From: Macrostomum lignano
Lineage: Eukaryota
Length of the DNA stretch: 64,000 nucleotides
Reading direction: 5' to 3'
Assembly (NCBI GenBank): GCA_002269645.1
Contig: NIVC01002108.1
Span: 96,242 to 160,241, forward strand
Part shown: in pieces, positions 61,901 through 64,000 of the stretch
Position numbering within the stretch: the first letter of the stretch is position 1
Layout: each line of letters starts with the position of its first letter
The notes under the pieces: generated by a model
The model's input: the letters and a program-made list of their open reading frames with translations, nothing else
Database searches by the model: none
What the model was told of the DNA's origin: nothing
Position numbers and translations under genes: made by a program

Positions 61901-62531
61901 GTCAAAGTACTTGTAGAACTACTTTTTAAGGTGCACGCATTTAGGAGTTTATAAAATACAGCACACAGATTGGTAGAGTCATTAGCCAATTGCCTTAGAA
62001 CTCCTCCTCACTCTTATGCTACACTCATTGGAACAACTACTAGCTCTAACTCCTGATTCTTGAACTCTATAGCATACAAAATCAATTCACCTGTTGCTAG
62101 GAGCACTCCTGACTCCTAGTTCCTAACTTCTTGTTCTTAAATTTATAGCACAGGCCCTAGGTAACAGGGTGGAAAAGGCAAATATGTCTCCAAACCAATT
62201 AACTATGCACTATAAATTCAAGGGCAAAAAAGGACAAAAGCAAATATATATAAAATGCTAAATGACACTACAAAACCTAGCACAGCACATAAGGCAAGAG
62301 TAAGAATGCCTTAAAATGATACTCGTTATTGCAAGACTAACTTTGACTTAAATACCTAGATATCAGCAACTATGGTTTTTTTGGCCAACTAGGATAAGCA
62401 GCTGAAACAATCCATTGCCTTACCTGGACCATAACAGCCAATCGTAGCGAATCTTTTGAGATAGACATCTTGCAGCCTTTGCAGCTAGACCGATTGCTCT
62501 TGGCATACTCACAAATATAGGGATGATCCAT
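44506..62531 (-). CDS. PARP1: Poly(ADP-ribose) polymerase 1, 11 exons, 1013 aa
   Basis: Exons (minus strand) 62531-62424, 61192-61051, 59293-59130, 54014-53875, 53031-52948, 51896-51785, 50189-49858, 49035-48584, 48097-47514, 46503-45994, 44919-44506; total 3042 nt in frame. Domains: Zn1 ([13 protein letters not shown]...WFHFAC), Zn2 ([13 protein letters not shown]...WHHVDC), Zn3, BRCT, WGR, helical and catalytic domains with intact H-Y-E (HGS, GKGVYFA, YNEYIVY). An in-frame alternative ATG lies at 62540. Confidence 0.96.
45195..45965 (+). repeat. PARP1 intron 10 30-bp minisatellite GACAGCTATTTACAGACTACATCACACTAT
   Basis: Visible; 10-aa period in shadow ORFs. Confidence 0.93.
46660..47460 (+). 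repeat. PARP1 intron 9 about 31-bp minisatellite GGAAATCTCATCCTATGGAAAACTCTATTCA
   Basis: Visible, with a divergent left half. Confidence 0.9.
48130..48583 (+). repeat. PARP1 intron 8 21-bp array CCTGTCCTCGGGATTAAGCWA plus three 22-bp units containing the donor
   Basis: Visible; 22-bp units at 48518-48583. Confidence 0.9.
49075..49740 (+). repeat. PARP1 intron 7 G-rich 60-bp and 20-bp arrays (GGGATCTGGTGAATCGGGAA)
   Basis: Visible. Confidence 0.9.
50350..51125 (+). repeat. PARP1 intron 6 30-bp minisatellite GAGGATCTGGGATGTTTAAGCACTAATCCT
   Basis: The reverse complement matches the CUL1 intron 4 unit. Confidence 0.93.
51985..52445 (+). repeat. PARP1 intron 5 arrays (about 43-bp CTGTCTCCCCTGTCTGTCACTCCGTGTTTGTT-containing unit; 16-bp CAATACTGTCTGTCAG)
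   Basis: Visible. A (CA)n at about 52890-52943 abuts the donor. Confidence 0.85.
53175..53710 (+). repeat. PARP1 intron 4 36-bp minisatellite GTGATTTCACTCAGTGTGAACACAGTGCCAGTCAGA
   Basis: Visible; 12-aa period in shadow ORFs. Confidence 0.92.
54035..55010 (+). repeat. PARP1 intron 3 39-bp minisatellite GACATGAAATCCCATTTTATCCTCCTATCCCCAGCAGTT
   Basis: Visible; 13-aa period in shadow ORFs. Confidence 0.93.
57791..58591 (+). CDS. Nested antisense ORF in PARP1 intron 3 (54015-59129), 266 aa, low-complexity/disordered
   Basis: ATG-initiated GC-rich island within AT-richer intron, with host-like Ala/Gly/Ser/polyQ composition. A possible donor TG|GTAAAT at 58588 overlaps the stop, so this may be one exon of a longer gene. 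Confidence 0.6.
   Translation: MLRSDYKYSREPAVEAATDRRDGGGCSSGINESGCSARQASPSLLLTPGAAAAGTDNDGEDGSSGGGKRGGSMKHWSPLAALGKRARDGLRRCNTVRAGLGGGASSSSTTPSAADLNLSSRRNAMPNIFLGLPSSGVRRLFAIYGIDDSPGGRAGSSGTHSTLSPTASSTGASTAASSKGEESLFARHSRTSSVRSRRLPNFGGPMQQQQHQHMLMMQQHQQHLLVPPQPVAGPVAHHPIDKRRASSMRDHQGRQHRKASSCHGNW
59325..61030 (+). repeat. PARP1 intron 2 28-bp minisatellite GAGGATCTGGGAGGCTGGCCCAGCAACT
   Basis: Fills almost the whole 1.75-kb intron and is the source of the 643- and 654-aa spurious ORFs. Confidence 0.95.
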
Positions 62532-64000
62532 GATTGGCATGAAAGCAAAATAGAATTTAGCTATGCATTATTTTTAGTTAGGCCATCTTGACAAACTTTA
62601 TCAATCATATCAGAGAAATAAATCATCTATAGTTTTTTCACTAGCACTTAAAATGCTAAATTGCATCCAAATAAGGAGTCCAATAAGATTTTAAAAAGCA
62701 ATTTTTTCTATTTTTCTATTTGATAAATATTGTTTCTTTGAATAAAAAATATTAGATAGGTCTATAAATAGGGCCTACTAAAACAAAATTTAGAGGTTTA
62801 ACAAAATTAGAGGAAAATGAGTTAAAGGAATTAGTAATATACATGCATATTGAAACTTTCAATCCTTGAATTGGCTAAGTCTAAGATATCTCAATCCTCT
62901 CTATTGAAATAAGTATAGTATAGGCCTAGAAAACCTGTGGATCAAAGTGGATATACAACACAGATAGGGTCTAAAATTGTAGTTAAAAATGCAATATAAC
63001 AGAATACCAGATATAAGTATAATACTAATTAGATGACAAGGCATTTAGCCTTAATAAGATAGATAGTCATAATATGATAATTACTTTTACCATTTACCCA
63101 GTTTGTCTGGGTTTTGGTTTAGGTTTTGTTGTTTGTTATCTGTTTACCTACCAATTAAATATATGCTTGCAGTCAGCCGCCACTCTCTCCCTTCTCTCTT
63201 AGGTTTTTGCTCTACTTCTCGTGGGCCCCTTAGCCATCACATTCAATTGCTTTAGTTGCACTAAAATTAAGCAGCTACCAATCCAAACCTAACCTTCAAG
63301 TCAACATACCAAATCTGCAATTTACACTAAGGGAAGTCGCTGCTGGCAGATTATCAAATTTAACCGCTATACATACAAACCGTACATCTTCCTGCCTTTA
63401 TTTGTCATACCATAGTAAAAAACCAAAAATTGTTTTTATGATTATAGTGTCCTTAAGGCTTTATGGATTTTAGGCCTGAGACTGACTAGGTTTATTCAAG
63501 CATCGTTGCAATTTGCAAACTAAGCCTAAGGTTTTGACTAGGCCTATTCTGGCTGCATATAGCCATAGGGATAGGCCCTAGAGGCAAGGCCTATTTTTAT
63601 CAATAGCCTATTATTGAATAAATAAATAAAGGGTAAAAAAGCTAGAAATGATACATTAGCATTATTAGGCATAGAAATTAGTTAGGCCTTATTAAAAATA
63701 TTAATAAAATATTTAAAAACTTAAGGTCTTAAGTTTTCTTACAAAAATGATTTCAGGCCTATAGCCTAGGCCTAGTAGCCAAAATATATTGCAAAAAAAT
63801 AAGATACAAGTTATTACTAGACTGACTAGTCCATCCGAATTTACAAGACTCACTAAAGTAGGCCCTAAAGTAGGCTTATTTATATTTAAAACTGATAACT
63901 TAATATAAAGCCATAAAGCCAGAGGGGCCTAAAATGTATAAAACAAAAAACTCGATTAAATTTGATAGGCCTATCGTTCCAACAAATTCAAAGCTAGGCC

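Overview
Eukaryotic (metazoan) genomic DNA with GC-rich exons, AT-rich intergenic DNA and a tandem array in almost every intron. This style resembles the flatworm Macrostomum lignano, but the species is an inference. I reconstructed four spliced genes exon by exon, each with GT-AG junctions and an unbroken frame: Cullin-1 (+, 229-11891, 7 exons, 843 aa), DNA polymerase nu (-, 19567-14611, 8 exons, 875 aa), CHMP2A/VPS2 (+, 41282-42914, 2 exons, 234 aa) and PARP1 (-, 62531-44506, 11 exons, 1013 aa; exon 1 is absent from the ORF track). Three orphan coding candidates remain: a 174-aa two-TM protein (20861-21385), a 291-aa GC-rich ORF with its own promoter-like and 3'UTR features (31268-32143), and a 266-aa ORF nested antisense in PARP1 intron 3 that carries a PKI-like RRNAMPNI motif (57791-58591). 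The region 23-40 kb is a transposon graveyard with a decayed Ty3/gypsy element, a 375-bp insert with 13-bp direct repeats, a hAT MITE with an 8-bp TSD, foldback-like inverted arrays and a palindromic element with a central CLEAR/E-box. An internally deleted IR/DR Tc1-like element sits between the divergent POLN and 2-TM genes. No CRISPR array, rRNA or tRNA is supported, and most long entries in the ORF track are tandem-repeat or antisense shadows. Repeat boundaries are approximate.
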